A DNA stretch of 64,000 bases, from the NCBI GenBank assembly GCA_044892505.1, contig CM097884.1:77996001-78060000 (forward strand). Reading direction: 5' to 3'. Positions 62,641 through 64,000 of the stretch are shown here, in pieces. Position numbers and translations under genes: made by a program. Position 1 is the first letter of the stretch. Each line of letters begins with the position of its first letter. The notes under the pieces were generated by a model. The model did no database searches, was not told where the DNA came from, and saw only the letters and a program-made list of their open reading frames with translations. The DNA is from Schmidtea nova (Eukaryota).

Positions 62641-64000
62641 TTTAAAAACTCAAATACAGAGATGTATAGCATTTCACCAATGATTCTCAGATTTCCTAAT
62701 TACTCTTTGTTTTGTTTTTTCAAAAGTCATGAGTGGAATGCCACATACATTGGAAAAGTCTAACCGTCTTTTCTGAATTTGAGTTTCAGAGCATTGTAAA
62801 TTAATGGGAATGAGTGTTTTTTGTAATCGTGTTGATGTTTATGAATATGAAAATATAAGAATTTACAGTTCATGTCATTTTTTGCAAATTTTGATATTAT
62901 AGTAAATTATCTGTTGTGATTTTTGACGATTCTCAGATTTGTTTTGAGCTTTGTTCTATACAAGTTTAATTTTTCATATGTCATGAGCGAAATGCCACAT
63001 TATCTGGAGAAGAGTGTCCGTCTTTTCTGTACTTAAATTTTAGAACATTGTCAATTGATGATAATGGGTTTGGTATTAAATTCTTTACAAATATGAATAT
63101 ATATTTGAATAATAAAAATTATTGTTAATTTGTCTAAGTTAATCTATTTATTTGATCAATATTGGAATATTTAAGTGAAAAGCACCTAAGATGAGGATGG
63201 CGTACTCAACTTGTATTAAATTGAATGTAATTTTAGATCGGTGTTTGTTGATACAATATATTAAGCTTGTTAAAAAAAATCAACATTATTTATTCAAAGA
63301 ATTTTTTAATAAAAAATAAATTATTAAATTTTTGAAAAATACAGTTACACCTACAATGTATGAACTATAACATATAAATTAAATTATTAAATTTGATCAA
63401 TTTTTTACAAAGCCAGAATTATAAATCTTATTAAGCTTCATTTTAAGTGCCTAATGTGCTTTCAATTTGTGAACCAGCAAATAATAATTCTGAATAATTT
63501 GTTTCATATAGGGAAAAATGCATGTCAAAATATGTTCTCTAATCCAATAATCTACCGGGATTAAATGCAAAACTACATGCTAAAATCGGCAAGAAAAAAC
63601 TAAGCAAATTTAGAAAAAGATTAAAGGACTTTTATCGTTTTTCTTTAATTATAATAAGTATAATGTGACCCCATTACAATAGAATTTCATATAATAGAAA
63701 CAAATATTTCGCTAAAATATTTCATATTCTTCACAATCTTATTTCATATTCTTCACAATTAGCAATTTTATCATTTCATTTTTGTAGTAAGTTGTAAATA
63801 TCATTAAAAGATTTATAAAATTAAAAATTTCTAGTTGTAGATTTGAATATTTAATAATCATTTAAAATCACCCCAAAAGAAATTAAAGATTTTAAAATAT
63901 CTGATTACACTTAATAAACAAAGAAAAATTTATAAATAAAAAAAAAATTTTTTTGTGTTACTAAGAATAAATTCGATATTTAGTTGAAATTAGGTTTTTT

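Overview
AT-rich eukaryotic (invertebrate, possibly flatworm; inference) scaffold with several N gaps. The host gene is a Dopey/DOP1 homologue on the minus strand. I could chain about 20 GT-AG exons in frame from 57471 down to a last exon at 13370-13059; its 5' part was not located. Its introns are packed with transposons: hAT/Charlie, pogo/Tigger, mariner, an internally deleted Gypsy and MITEs, with IS630-Tc1 and Merlin remnants further upstream. The standout is a young ~9.3 kb Penelope-like retroelement (PLE) array at 16988-26278, inside the 19.6 kb last intron. It has two intact 865-aa RT+GIY-YIG ORFs. It is built from three head-to-head two-armed units separated by (ATT)n tracts; where both ends are visible they are one long and one 36-nt-shorter element 3' end. 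Each unit carries a minimal hammerhead ribozyme with a U3-A8 core variant, and one full-length copy starts at the predicted self-cleavage site. Ribozyme-plus-tail fold-back mini-units occur twice. A second PLE family has a canonical minimal hammerhead and ends in (TA)n. The first ~10 kb holds a 21-bp minisatellite, an IAP-type RING ORF, a perfect 30-bp-arm palindrome and unexplained structured islands. All calls were made by eye; no searches were run.
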